A stretch of 62,297 nt of DNA, taken from IMG/VR virus record IMGVR_UViG_3300042893_000318, positions 1 to 62,297 of that record. The stretch is one strand, 5' to 3'. Positions 26,840 through 36,971 of the stretch are shown one piece after another. The notes under the pieces are model-generated. The model made no database searches. It was given only the letters and a program-made list of their open reading frames with translations, and had not been told where the DNA came from. How positions within the stretch are numbered: the stretch's first letter is position 1; each line of letters starts with the position of its first letter. Origin of the DNA: a virus. Lineage: Duplodnaviria; Caudoviricetes. The translations under genes and the position numbers were made by a program.

Positions 26840-27830
26840 CTATTTCTCCAATTAAATTGTCTACAACATCTGGATTTTCTCTTAAATATGCCACAGCCTT
26901 TGCACGTCCTTGAAAACGCTCTCCATTTACTGTATACCATGCTCCACCCTTTTCTACTATTCCGCACATTTCTGCTACGTCTAAAGTTTCACCAACACGA
27001 TCTACGCCAAGGTGTGAGCCTTGATAATAGAAGTCGTACTGTCCAGATAAGTTTGGGGGTCCGAGTTTGTTATAGTCAATGATCCAGTTAACTGGTCTGC
27101 CGACCCTTTGTTCAATGATTTTATCACCGACTTGTATACCAGACTTAATAGCATTAGCTTCAGCTTCGGAAGACCAAAGCTTGACAACTGTTGAGGAAAA
27201 GAACTTAACTGCCATTCCTCCTGTTGGGATATGGGAAGCATGCATACTTCCAAACTGATTTCTTTGCTGTGATATAAGTATAAGTAATGTGTTTTTGTTT
27301 GCGTAGTTAAGCATTTTAACTGCATGTGTCATGTCCTTTGCTTCCGCACCAATTTGTTTAGTGTCTTGTAAATCTTTCATCTCATTGCCATCTTTTTCAA
27401 AATAAATGGCTGGCAGTAGTGCTGATATGGAATCAACAACAATTATATCTACTCCCGCATCCATTAACTTAGTGGCAACATCAACCATATCATTTACAGT
27501 TTTTGCGGGGGAATAAATAAGAGAAGATGAATCTACCCCCAAGGACTCCGCCCATGCTTGATCATATGATGCTTCTGCATCAATCCATGCACAGGTTTTA
27601 CCCTCTTTCTGTGCTAAAGCAATTGTTTGTAAGCAAAAAGAAGATTTGCCTGCGGACTTATTGCCCCAAACTAAAACCTGTCTTCCATATCCAAGGCCAC
27701 CCCTAAGAGCCATATTTAATCCAGCACTTGGAGTTTTTTGTTTTTCAACAACTATATTCTGTGCGGATTGAACTCTTGCTCTTGTTTTAGGGTCAAGCTT
27801 TGATAGTATATCATCTATCAATATTGTCAT
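26826..27830 (-). CDS. recA: RecA-like recombinase
   Basis: Walker A GNKSAGKS, WIDAE, IVVDS, TGG and KGGAWY; start probably MTILI. Confidence 0.92.
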   Translation of the reverse strand: MTILIDDILSKLDPKTRARVQSAQNIVVEKQKTPSAGLNMALRGGLGYGRQVLVWGNKSAGKSSFCLQTIALAQKEGKTCAWIDAEASYDQAWAESLGVDSSSLIYSPAKTVNDMVDVATKLMDAGVDIIVVDSISALLPAIYFEKDGNEMKDLQDTKQIGAEAKDMTHAVKMLNYANKNTLLILISQQRNQFGSMHASHIPTGGMAVKFFSSTVVKLWSSEAEANAIKSGIQVGDKIIEQRVGRPVNWIIDYNKLGPPNLSGQYDFYYQGSHLGVDRVGETLDVAEMCGIVEKGGAWYTVNGERFQGRAKAVAYLRENPDVVDNLIGEIDARS

Positions 27831-27861
27831 TTTTAACTCTTTCTTTTTCATTATTATAGCA

Positions 27862-28251
27862 TTAAAAACGGTTGCCGTGAAGCTTTGGTCGTGCCTTATT
27901 CTTTTCCATTTTATTAAATAAAACTTCATCTAAACTATGTGTAAGATCTCCTGTGTTTCTCATAGCAGCATAGACATCTAACGTACGAATAATAATATCT
28001 GCTATTTCTTCTACAACTTCTTCAGACCCTTTATTCTTACGAATAGCTTCCAGTACTTCAGTAACTTCTGAATGTACAAGAGCAAGCTTATTACCGATCT
28101 TGTCATATCCAATTTCTCCATCCCAGAAACCTTTTTCAATTGCAGTTTCATGAAGAATAGCTGCTAACGCATCCATTCCATAATCTGTTACTAAATTAAT
28201 CTCTCTGTGATTTGGATTATTTAAAGACTTAGTTGTTATCTGGTTGTTCAT
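27862..28251 (-). CDS. mazG: MazG-like nucleotide pyrophosphohydrolase
   Basis: SEVTEVLEA...EEIAD...KMEKNKARP. Confidence 0.85.
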   Translation of the reverse strand: MNNQITTKSLNNPNHREINLVTDYGMDALAAILHETAIEKGFWDGEIGYDKIGNKLALVHSEVTEVLEAIRKNKGSEEVVEEIADIIIRTLDVYAAMRNTGDLTHSLDEVLFNKMEKNKARPKLHGNRF

Positions 28252-28444
28252 GGTTCTCCTTTAATTTAAATGTAAATGATTCGATTTCCGAATCATAATC
28301 AATCTGTAATTGCTTATCTTCTTTAGCAGCATCTAAAAATGTTAGGGCGGGGATATCAATTGTTCCTAAAGTTTCTAGCATAGCAACTAAAATTTTACTA
28401 AGACTCATTTCTTTAAATAAATCCTGTGGATCTATTTCTGTCAT
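28229..28444 (-). CDS. Hypothetical protein
   Basis: Coupled to dnaE. Confidence 0.6.
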   Translation of the reverse strand: MTEIDPQDLFKEMSLSKILVAMLETLGTIDIPALTFLDAAKEDKQLQIDYDSEIESFTFKLKENHEQPDNN

Positions 28445-31400
28445 TTTATTTCCTTTACGTTAAGTGTGCCATCATCTAATTTAGATAATACCAATTTACA
28501 TTTCATGCCTTCTCGCATTTTAGCAAGTGATATCTTGTATAGGGTAGGGAATACAATAACTCTAGTTAATTGTTTATCAGCATTAGATAAAACTATGTGA
28601 CTCATCATCTTGCCAGCCTTAGTTTTATATGGAGTAAAGCTTACTACAATATATTCATCCTCTTCTAAATCATATTCTTTTCTATATAAGTAATCTACAA
28701 ATAAATCTGATCCGCTAGGATCTATTTCGCTTACCTTTATATATCTAGATATTCTATTATCTCCTACTAAAATAAAGTACATTTGGTTTGGCTCTATCTG
28801 AGTATCTTCATGATGGAATAATCCAATAGTTCCAGTTTCATCTACCAACTCTACTCTTGCCCAACCAGTTCCACGCTTGATACTTTTGACCATTCCAAAC
28901 ATAACAAAAGATCCTAGATCATCAAAGTCATCAATTGGTCTAGCTTGCGCCTTAATGCGTGGAGGAATGCCAGCCAAGTTAAAAGTAGGTATTCCTAAAT
29001 ATTCGTAATAGTTATCTTTTTCATTACCAATTCTTGGATTATCTTCAAACGCTGCACCACCAATTGCATTTAGTGCTTCAATTGCTCGGCTATTAATGCC
29101 GCTACCTTTTTTAGAAGCCTTATCAATTAGTTCTGCGTAGTCTTTAAATGGGCGCTTCTCCATAATTTTATTAGCAATATTGTCGGATATAAACTTTACT
29201 TCGGCAAGTCCAAATCTAATTCCGCCATCCTGTAATGAAAAGTATATGTCAGATTCATTGACATGAGGAAGCATGATACGTAACCCAAGTCGCTTTGCTT
29301 CAATTAAATATTCGGTTCTCGCATCTTTATCATTTTCATTTTTAAGAATTGAAAACATAAATTCCAAAGGATAATAAGTTTTAAGCCAAGCTGTATAATA
29401 AGAAAGCATGGAATAAGCAACAGCATGAGAACGGTTAAACGAATAACCAGCATGAGCTTCAAAGTCATGCCATAACTGCTCCGCTTTCTTTTTCGAGATA
29501 TGCCCAGAAGCGCCCTCAATAAACTTATCTTTGAACTGGTCGAATTCTTTTGCATCTTTCTTTTTGCCAATGATCTTACGAACTTTATCCGCTTCTGACC
29601 AAGACATTCCTCCTAGGTAAACACATGCTTGCATAACTTGCTCTTGATATATAATAACACCATATGTGTTTTCGGTGAACTCTTTCATTAATACATGGCT
29701 GTAATCTACTGCTTCTCTTCCGTTTTTACGGTCAATGTAGGCAGCACCAACAGTATTCATGGCGCCTGGACGGACTAAGGCATTAGATGCAACTAAGTCT
29801 TCAAACTTATCTACACCCATCTTCATAAGCAGATTTGTGTAGGGTGTCGCTTCAGCTTGAAATACTCCCTTAGTGTATCCTTCACTTAACATCTTATAAA
29901 CTTTAGGATCATCCAGTGTCAATTCTGAAAGGTTTATTTCTTTCTTATGTCTCTCTTTAATTGAAGATAGAGTGTCAGATATAACAGAAAGAGTTTTTAA
30001 TCCTAAAGCATCTAACTTAATTAATCCAATGTCTGCCACAGTGTCCATATCATATGCGACAACTGGAATACGACCAGAAACTTTATCTTGAGCATCTTCT
30101 CTAGATTCAACTGGAGCATACTTTCTTAAATCATCTTTAGCAACTACAACACCTGCGGCATGGACTCCAACAGAACGAATTCGGCCACGCAATCTTTCGG
30201 CAAGCCAAACAACTTCTGGGTATCTCATTCTAAATTCTTTAGTATTTGGTGACTCCATAAAATCTTCAAAAGTATCTACTGGTTTTAAAGCACGATTAAC
30301 TTCTTGAAGTGGAACCATAAATACACGAGCAGCATCACGGACTACACCCTTATCTTTAAAATAAGTATATGTAGAAATTGAAGCTACATGCTTAAACCTC
30401 TTCTTTAAATACTCTTTAACTTCTTTACGACGACGGTCTTCAAAGTCTGTATCAATATCTGGAAAGTCATTACGCTCTGGATTAATAAATCGGAAAAACA
30501 ACAGGTCATATTTAATTGGATCAACATCTGTAATTCCTAGGGCATAGCAGACTAAAGATCCTGCTGCCGAACCACGTCCTGGACCAACTCGGATTCCTGT
30601 ATCCTTAGCCCAATTAATCATATCTCCCACTACCAAGAAATAGGAGGCAAAGTTTTTAGAGGCAATTACTGCCAATTCTTCTTCCATGCGAGCCACATAG
30701 ACCTCATCAGAAGCCTTCCCAAGGCTCTCTAAGCCCTTTTCAGCCAGATCCCGTAGTCTTTCATCGGCATCGGTCTTTGGGACGGGCAGAAGGTCTAATC
30801 CTTGATTAAAGTCATATTCACCGATCTTGTCGGCAATCTCCATTGTATTCTCATAAATGTCTATTCGATTAATCCCAGCTTTATTAAAGTCAGCCTCTAA
30901 CTCAGAACGGCTTTGAATAAATAGATTATAGTCTTGGAATGAAATTCTACGATCTGGATAAAGATAGTTAAATCTATCTAACATATTCTTCATGTTTCGA
31001 GACATATCAAAGTCTGTTTCTTTATCTGCCTTTGGAGATGTTGATAGAATTAGTAATGCTTCTTCTAGGATCCTATCTTCTTCTTTAGCAAAGTGGGCAT
31101 CTCCTGTTGCCACCGCCTTAATTTTAAGTTCATCGGCTAATTCTAAAAGCTTTGAATTTATTTCTGGCGGATTGTGAGATTGAACCTCAATATAAAAATC
31201 TTCAGCGAAAGTTTGTTTAAAATCTTTGAGTACCAATTTTGCTTCAGAGAATTCTCCACGCTCAATAGCTTTGCTAATAAGACCGTTGAGGCATCCAGAC
31301 AAAACAATAATACCTTCTGCATATTCTTTTAATACCTCTCTATCAATTCGTGGCTTATGGTAAAAGCCTTCGTTCCAAGCAAGTTCTTGAAGAATGTTAA

Positions 31401-31728
31401 TATTTTCTAAACCCTTTTTATTTTTAGCCAACAAAATAATATGGTTGTATGCCTGAATAGATTTATCTGTCTTTGATGATCTGTCGAATCTATCTGTTGG
31501 AGAAATATATGCTTCTACTCCTAAAATTGGCTTGATGCCTAATTCTTTAGCCGCTATTTGCATATCACGATGAGATGATAATGTTCCATGATCTGTAATT
31601 GCAATCGCAGTTTGTCCAGCATCTAAAGCAGCCTGACACAATTCTTTAGGGGAGTTTAATCCATCCATTAAAGAATAATATGAGTGCACATGTAAATGTG
31701 TAAATCTTTTGTTTTCCATATCCGCCAA
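28441..31728 (-). CDS. dnaE: DNA polymerase III alpha subunit (family C)
   Basis: PHP motifs HLHVHS and ITDHG; GRGSAAGS, PDIDTD, HAAG, YSFNRSHA. Confidence 0.97.
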   Translation of the reverse strand: MADMENKRFTHLHVHSYYSLMDGLNSPKELCQAALDAGQTAIAITDHGTLSSHRDMQIAAKELGIKPILGVEAYISPTDRFDRSSKTDKSIQAYNHIILLAKNKKGLENINILQELAWNEGFYHKPRIDREVLKEYAEGIIVLSGCLNGLISKAIERGEFSEAKLVLKDFKQTFAEDFYIEVQSHNPPEINSKLLELADELKIKAVATGDAHFAKEEDRILEEALLILSTSPKADKETDFDMSRNMKNMLDRFNYLYPDRRISFQDYNLFIQSRSELEADFNKAGINRIDIYENTMEIADKIGEYDFNQGLDLLPVPKTDADERLRDLAEKGLESLGKASDEVYVARMEEELAVIASKNFASYFLVVGDMINWAKDTGIRVGPGRGSAAGSLVCYALGITDVDPIKYDLLFFRFINPERNDFPDIDTDFEDRRRKEVKEYLKKRFKHVASISTYTYFKDKGVVRDAARVFMVPLQEVNRALKPVDTFEDFMESPNTKEFRMRYPEVVWLAERLRGRIRSVGVHAAGVVVAKDDLRKYAPVESREDAQDKVSGRIPVVAYDMDTVADIGLIKLDALGLKTLSVISDTLSSIKERHKKEINLSELTLDDPKVYKMLSEGYTKGVFQAEATPYTNLLMKMGVDKFEDLVASNALVRPGAMNTVGAAYIDRKNGREAVDYSHVLMKEFTENTYGVIIYQEQVMQACVYLGGMSWSEADKVRKIIGKKKDAKEFDQFKDKFIEGASGHISKKKAEQLWHDFEAHAGYSFNRSHAVAYSMLSYYTAWLKTYYPLEFMFSILKNENDKDARTEYLIEAKRLGLRIMLPHVNESDIYFSLQDGGIRFGLAEVKFISDNIANKIMEKRPFKDYAELIDKASKKGSGINSRAIEALNAIGGAAFEDNPRIGNEKDNYYEYLGIPTFNLAGIPPRIKAQARPIDDFDDLGSFVMFGMVKSIKRGTGWARVELVDETGTIGLFHHEDTQIEPNQMYFILVGDNRISRYIKVSEIDPSGSDLFVDYLYRKEYDLEEDEYIVVSFTPYKTKAGKMMSHIVLSNADKQLTRVIVFPTLYKISLAKMREGMKCKLVLSKLDDGTLNVKEIK

Positions 31729-31744
31729 TTCTACTAAATAGAGA

Positions 31745-31768
31745 GGGGCCAGTCTAGTGACTGGCCCC
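31745..31768 (-). terminator. Hairpin / terminator after ssb
   Basis: GGGGCCAGTC-TAGT-GACTGGCCCC perfect 10-bp stem. Confidence 0.65.
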
Positions 31769-31779
31769 AGTCGTTATAA

Positions 31780-32451
31780 TTACCAGTCTAGATTGCTACT
31801 TGTAGCAGAAGACTCTTCAGCATGTCCGCCTTCGCCAGCAAAGAAGGCTTCTTGTTCTGTATAAGGTAGGTCTCGTACAGCAGTTGTTTCAAGATCATAT
31901 AGTTCTAGACTTGATGCATCAAATGCTGTTTCATCCTTGGCTAGAGGAATAATTGTGTAGCTTGTGTCTGTCTTTGTACCTGTACGCTTAATGCGCCACA
32001 TGAGATTTGTAATCGATCCCATTTCACCAGCATACTCAATGAGTGTAGGTGTAATTGTTTTTCCACTTGAACCTTGTGAAAGAATTGCCACATAAGGATC
32101 TTCTTTTCCATCATCTAGAAGTACATTAATGTAAAGTCGTGAACGACCTTTCCATCCTGCCTTGTAGTCTTTTCGATGTTGTTCGCAACCATAGCACTTG
32201 CCTTGGTCATCCATAGAGCATAGAGCTTTGCGACGGTAATCTTTTGGATTTGTATGTTCAACAGCAATAAATCCCAAGCCGTGCTTTTCATTATAAGTTG
32301 GTGAATCTGGATCTAATTCTTGTAAGAAACGAATCTTAACACTTTCAGAATCTTCCAACTTTGCCCAGCGAGCTTTTGTTCCGTCTCCGCCTGTTGATTG
32401 CGGCTTATCCATAACCTTATTCAGGTCTTTTAGTCCTTTAACGATACCCAT
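31780..32451 (-). CDS. Single-stranded DNA-binding protein (phage gp32-like)
   Basis: KIRFL, H/C/CxxC zinc motif, RTGTKTDTSY and acidic tail ending in W; located in the replication operon. Confidence 0.75.
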   Translation of the reverse strand: MGIVKGLKDLNKVMDKPQSTGGDGTKARWAKLEDSESVKIRFLQELDPDSPTYNEKHGLGFIAVEHTNPKDYRRKALCSMDDQGKCYGCEQHRKDYKAGWKGRSRLYINVLLDDGKEDPYVAILSQGSSGKTITPTLIEYAGEMGSITNLMWRIKRTGTKTDTSYTIIPLAKDETAFDASSLELYDLETTAVRDLPYTEQEAFFAGEGGHAEESSATSSNLDW

Positions 32452-32506
32452 TTGTATCTCCTTTTCTTATAGTTGATGGTATAAATCCATCTGTATTACT
32501 ATTATA

Positions 32507-33505
32507 TCATTCATTCCAAGATCTGTATTCTATATTGGATACAGCATTTTTAACACAGGTTTTAATTTCTTCATCAGTCATATCGCCTACATCTTTTGCA
32601 TCATGTGGATATATCTTACCATAAGAATACGAAGCCCACAATAGGTCTTTATTTTTTAACCTACTACATATTGTAACTCCTAATTCTCTACCCGCCAAAT
32701 CTGAGTCTGTCATTATTGTCACCTTGTTAAAATATCTATTAAGCAGACCAATATTTTCTGAAGATATATGCCCACCAAGGGTAGCCACAACATTAGGGAA
32801 TCCAGCTTGATGCACACGGATCGCATCAAAGCTAGACTCAACAATGATTACATGGTCACCAATTTTCTTGGCACGATGAATATTAAACATAGTTTTGCTG
32901 CGTGGAAGGTTTGTACTGTTTTTAAATTTCTTTTCAGATATTGATCTTCCAACTAACCCAACTGGAGTTCCGTCTGGACTATGAACTGGTACCGTAACCA
33001 TGTTTTGTTTTGGAGAATATCCTAAAGAAAAATGTGTAATAGACTGTAAGTCTATTCTTCTAGAATAAAAATACTGTTTAGCTTCTTCGCTTTTAATTAA
33101 ATCATTATGTAAATTAGTTAATGTTTCCTGCGGAAACTCTATAAAGTCTGGTTTATCTTCCATTACCCCACTTAATAATTCATCAAAATTTTCTAAAGCT
33201 TCCGACTCCTTAGATGAAATAAATCTAAGAGCCTCAAAATCATTCTTGTGAAGAACACGTTTGACTAACTCAACTAAAGTTCCTGACTCTCCGCATGAGG
33301 GGTTGAAACAAATAAAGGCACCTATTTCTCGGCTTACGCTAAAGCTTGAGGTATGCCTGTTGCTATGAAATGGACAATAACATAGGAAGTCATTAGACGT
33401 TTCTCCAACTACTTCTAAGCCAATAGTTTTTATAATTGACTTAATGTGTGCTGGCGCATAATGCGTGGAATCAATTTTCCTTGCGTAATTCCCTCTGATT
33501 GCCAT
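32507..33505 (-). CDS. dnaG: DNA primase
   Basis: CPFH...CFNPSC zinc finger; TOPRIM VES..D and DSDLAG; start probably MAIRG. Confidence 0.92.
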   Translation of the reverse strand: MAIRGNYARKIDSTHYAPAHIKSIIKTIGLEVVGETSNDFLCYCPFHSNRHTSSFSVSREIGAFICFNPSCGESGTLVELVKRVLHKNDFEALRFISSKESEALENFDELLSGVMEDKPDFIEFPQETLTNLHNDLIKSEEAKQYFYSRRIDLQSITHFSLGYSPKQNMVTVPVHSPDGTPVGLVGRSISEKKFKNSTNLPRSKTMFNIHRAKKIGDHVIIVESSFDAIRVHQAGFPNVVATLGGHISSENIGLLNRYFNKVTIMTDSDLAGRELGVTICSRLKNKDLLWASYSYGKIYPHDAKDVGDMTDEEIKTCVKNAVSNIEYRSWNE

Positions 33506-33732
33506 GCCTTCCTCTTTCCTACGTATACTCCATACATAGTCATTAAGAATGACCATGTTTCACCTGTAAATTGTACTGAAAAGTTAGTGTCTATGTCAAG
33601 CACTTTGGCATATCCTTTACCTCTCATGTCTTGAGACAAAAGACTTTCGTACTGAGCTTTAATCCTGATCATATCAGAATCATCATGAAACTCAACATTA
33701 ATTTGAAATCTTTTTATATTTTTATGATTCAT
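33430..33732 (-). CDS. Hypothetical protein
   Basis: ORF between helicase and primase. Confidence 0.65.
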   Translation of the reverse strand: MNHKNIKRFQINVEFHDDSDMIRIKAQYESLLSQDMRGKGYAKVLDIDTNFSVQFTGETWSFLMTMYGVYVGKRKAWQSEGITQGKLIPRIMRQHTLSQL

Positions 33733-34960
33733 TCTTTGTTAGTGGATTCTCATAAATTTCTTTAACGATACCACGATTGATATCCCAGTCTAAATACATT
33801 CCGAACTCTTGACCATGACGGTTCTTTCTTGAAACCACTTCGATCATATTTGTTCCAGTATATCTGTGAATAGCAATGGCCATGTCAGCATCATACTCAA
33901 TAGCTTTAGACCATGCTACTTGAGATAGCATTGGTGGAGCATCTTGATCTGAAATATCATCCATAGTCGCAGCAGTAATATCAATAACTGGGATATTATT
34001 AGTCATAGCAAGCATCTTGAATTCTCTAGAGATATTCATGTTACGTTCTGTTGCTCCCATGCTCTTTTTATTATCAGAGAACAACTGATGATAATCTAGA
34101 ATAACTAAGTCTGGTTTATGTTGATCAATCTTTCCTTGAATAGTTGCTGGTGTTACTTCAGCCATTCCCTCGTTAGATACCAAAACAAAACCGTTCTTGT
34201 TATCAAACTTTTTCTTAGACCATGAACGGAAATCATCAATATTAATATCACCCTTAGACAAATCACTGGCCTTAAATAATCCAGAACCCATCATAGTATA
34301 AATACGATCACGCATATTCTCTGGAGACATTTCAAGGGAAACGATCATGGGCTTGAAGCCCTGCTCCCAAGCCTTGCAAGCTAGATAGGATGTAAACCAT
34401 GTCTTTCCTCTTCCTGGCCAGCCAATGGCCACGATAAGGTGTCCTGGAGCCATTCCAGTAGGATAGGCTAAGTCAATTGCATCGAATCCAGTTTTAATTC
34501 CTGGAGAGCCACCCATTTCAGCAGAACGAACTTTAACTGCTTCGAAATGTCGTGCCGCATTTTCTGCATCAGTAACATCTAGGTCACGAACGTTGCTAGT
34601 AAATTTACTAAGCGAAGCAAGCTGCGATTGCATTTCAGATAAAACTCTAGATGCGGCATCTTCTTTAAGCATAGATCCACTCTTAAGAATAATAGTCTTA
34701 AGTTTATTTGAAAGGAATTCATTCTTAAGTTTATCTAGATAATATCCAGTCTCAGCTTTTACTTCTACTGGCTCAAAATCTTTAAAGCGTTCCATTAGAA
34801 CGCCTACTTCTGGGACAGCCTTAAACTTATAGTAATATGACTTTAGGCCTTCCCAAATATCTTTATGGGATGTAAATATTTCATCAACATTGTCGGCAAG
34901 CAGGGTGCTAATATCTTTATTCTTACATACTGCAGAAATTAATGTTGCTTCTGTATTCAT
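33722..34960 (-). CDS. dnaB: DnaB-like replicative helicase
   Basis: GWPGRGKT, SLEM, ILDY, IEYDAD and KNRHG. Confidence 0.93.
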   Translation of the reverse strand: MNTEATLISAVCKNKDISTLLADNVDEIFTSHKDIWEGLKSYYYKFKAVPEVGVLMERFKDFEPVEVKAETGYYLDKLKNEFLSNKLKTIILKSGSMLKEDAASRVLSEMQSQLASLSKFTSNVRDLDVTDAENAARHFEAVKVRSAEMGGSPGIKTGFDAIDLAYPTGMAPGHLIVAIGWPGRGKTWFTSYLACKAWEQGFKPMIVSLEMSPENMRDRIYTMMGSGLFKASDLSKGDINIDDFRSWSKKKFDNKNGFVLVSNEGMAEVTPATIQGKIDQHKPDLVILDYHQLFSDNKKSMGATERNMNISREFKMLAMTNNIPVIDITAATMDDISDQDAPPMLSQVAWSKAIEYDADMAIAIHRYTGTNMIEVVSRKNRHGQEFGMYLDWDINRGIVKEIYENPLTKNES

Positions 34961-35280
34961 GCTATTCCGCCTTCTTCAACCATTTTTTTAGTTTCCTTCA
35001 TTAGGATTCTACGTCGCTCTTTATCTTTTTCTAATTCTACTTTATTGTTCTGAATCTTGTCAAAGTTAAAGAAAAAGAATTGAAGTGGGTGACCACTCTT
35101 ATTTAAATTAAAATAATAAATTAAAAGTTCTTTAGCACGTTCAAACCCTACACTATCAATTACATCCTGCATTGCCCACTTTTCACGAAATTTATTCATG
35201 GTGGGAGTTTTGCCATACTTATCTTTATATAAAGATTGATATAGACTAATTAGTATGTAAGGCTCTTTCTCATTTGCCAC
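34957..35280 (-). CDS. Hypothetical protein
   Basis: Coupled ORF in the replication operon. Confidence 0.65.
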   Translation of the reverse strand: MANEKEPYILISLYQSLYKDKYGKTPTMNKFREKWAMQDVIDSVGFERAKELLIYYFNLNKSGHPLQFFFFNFDKIQNNKVELEKDKERRRILMKETKKMVEEGGIA

Positions 35281-35491
35281 TCTTTAGTTCTTCTTCCACC
35301 TCGGTAGTTTTCTGAATAAGCTTTTCTTCAACAAATTTATAAACTCTCTCTGTGGCGGTTTCAACTGTTTCACCATGTCTAACAATATCCTCAATGCCTA
35401 TGCCAATTTTAATTGATTCATAGTTACCAAGATTTCTAGTAAACGATAGGTCTACTTTAACTACAGTTTCTGACATTATTCCGCCTTCCAT
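35270..35491 (-). CDS. Small hypothetical protein (NLGNYES motif)
   Basis: TRNLGNYESIKI motif often seen in phage replication regions. Confidence 0.65.
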   Translation of the reverse strand: MEGGIMSETVVKVDLSFTRNLGNYESIKIGIGIEDIVRHGETVETATERVYKFVEEKLIQKTTEVEEELKSGK

Positions 35492-35958
35492 ACTGGGACA
35501 AAGTTGCCCTCTTCTGTTCTAGTATACAATATCATGTTGTGTTTGAGAAGAGCCATCAATTCTGTTTTTGACGGAACCTCTTTTGAATGACCAGCATCCA
35601 ATATAAACTGATGTAAATCTAGTATGTCTGATTGATTAAACATATACTTAGACCATGTGCTTTCTGGATTACCAATTGGATAAACTTTAGAAGGAGCTTT
35701 AATCTTACCCTCTAAAATATAATCCTCAATAGTTACCTTATGCTTGTTTAACAAGACAGATACTTGTCTGGTGCTATAAGCATTTTCCATATACTTATTT
35801 ACCTGAGAATAAGAATATAAAACTCTTTTTTTATCAGGATAGCACCAAGCAACTAACTCATCTTTTGACCTAGATGAATTTAATACCTTATGCAGCTTAT
35901 CGTTTAGGAAGAAATAAAGAAAAGCTTTGCGTACTTTTCTTCCATTTTTTCTAGCCAT
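35476..35958 (-). CDS. HTH DNA-binding protein (MerR / excisionase-like)
   Basis: YSTRQVSVLLNKHKVTIEDYILEGKI. Confidence 0.7.
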   Translation of the reverse strand: MARKNGRKVRKAFLYFFLNDKLHKVLNSSRSKDELVAWCYPDKKRVLYSYSQVNKYMENAYSTRQVSVLLNKHKVTIEDYILEGKIKAPSKVYPIGNPESTWSKYMFNQSDILDLHQFILDAGHSKEVPSKTELMALLKHNMILYTRTEEGNFVPVWKAE

Positions 35959-36092
35959 TTTGCCAACTTATTAGTTTCTTTATTAATCATCCACCGTTTT
36001 CCGCACATTACGCAGAACAGTTCCATATGTAATTTCTGAGAGAATACTCTGTCAATAAATACTCTACCCTTACATCTCTGACACGTCATCAT
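35904..36092 (-). CDS. Zinc-ribbon protein
   Basis: CQRC...CVMCG. Confidence 0.7.
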   Translation of the reverse strand: MMTCQRCKGRVFIDRVFSQKLHMELFCVMCGKRWMINKETNKLAKWLEKMEEKYAKLFFISS

Positions 36093-36889
36093 AAGCTAAA
36101 TGTTTTCCCATCCACTACGCAAGTGTAGTCTGGAGATACGTGGATCATTTGAATATGAGGATAATCATTTACAATATGTGCTATTGCAAATCCTTTTTGC
36201 CAGTCATGATGTTGACTATATTTCATGCCATCACTCTTTTCATCACACATGTGTCCAATTTCATAGCCACGAAGGGTTTCGCCTTCGCCATTATTTCTTA
36301 GTTCATATGTTACCATATGTGAAGCAATTCTGTGTGAGTGACCACGGATTAAAGATACTTGAAGATCTTCCATATCTTTTCTTACAGCACCAGTTGCTGA
36401 AACAGAAAGGCCATGATGAACATGTATATCTCCAAAGCGTCGCTTTGGCAATTCATTATAATAAATATACTCATACCCTAATGAGTCTAGACTCCAAAGA
36501 GATTCTGGAGTAACTTCACTAATATAATCTGGCAGCTTGGCATCTACATAATTAAATACTCTAATATCGTGATTACCTAAAGCTGAAAATAATTGAGCAT
36601 CAGGAAGCATCTCCCTAGTCTTTGCATAAAAATCTCTTGCACCTTTGGCCTCGTGGCGCATCATTGGTACAATTAAATCGCCACTCTCAGTCTTGTGATA
36701 ATTTAAAAATTCTGCTGATCTTCCTTCTGTATATTTACTATAGCAAGCCTGATCATCCGTATCGCCCAAATAATCTACTACATCTGGTTTAAACCATTTC
36801 ATAACCTTGAACCACAAGGCAATCATTTTGTCATCTTGATAAGGGAACTGCTGATCGGATGATAGCATCCACTTTAAATCATTACTCAT
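36089..36889 (-). CDS. Calcineurin-like metallophosphoesterase
   Basis: SD, GD, GNHD, HHG and GHSH motifs. Confidence 0.88.
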   Translation of the reverse strand: MSNDLKWMLSSDQQFPYQDDKMIALWFKVMKWFKPDVVDYLGDTDDQACYSKYTEGRSAEFLNYHKTESGDLIVPMMRHEAKGARDFYAKTREMLPDAQLFSALGNHDIRVFNYVDAKLPDYISEVTPESLWSLDSLGYEYIYYNELPKRRFGDIHVHHGLSVSATGAVRKDMEDLQVSLIRGHSHRIASHMVTYELRNNGEGETLRGYEIGHMCDEKSDGMKYSQHHDWQKGFAIAHIVNDYPHIQMIHVSPDYTCVVDGKTFSL

Positions 36890-36904
36890 AATCTACCTTA
36901 ATGT

Positions 36905-36969
36905 AAAAAAGTCACGGGTACGTGACTTTGAGGTTACAGCAATTGTAACATATTTTAAAAGATTGTCAA
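36905..36969 (-). promoter_or_regulatory. SigA-type promoter with overlapping inverted repeat, followed by a terminator-like hairpin
   Basis: TTGACA-16-TACAAT with extended TG; GTTACA-N5-TGTAAC at 36933-36949; AAAGTCACG-TACC-CGTGACTTTTTT. Confidence 0.7.
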
Positions 36970-36971
36970 TA

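Noticed and set aside
18784-34960. Inteins or introns in terL, recA, dnaE or dnaB
   Set aside because: Protein lengths are ordinary, motifs are contiguous, and no intein or homing-endonuclease signatures were seen
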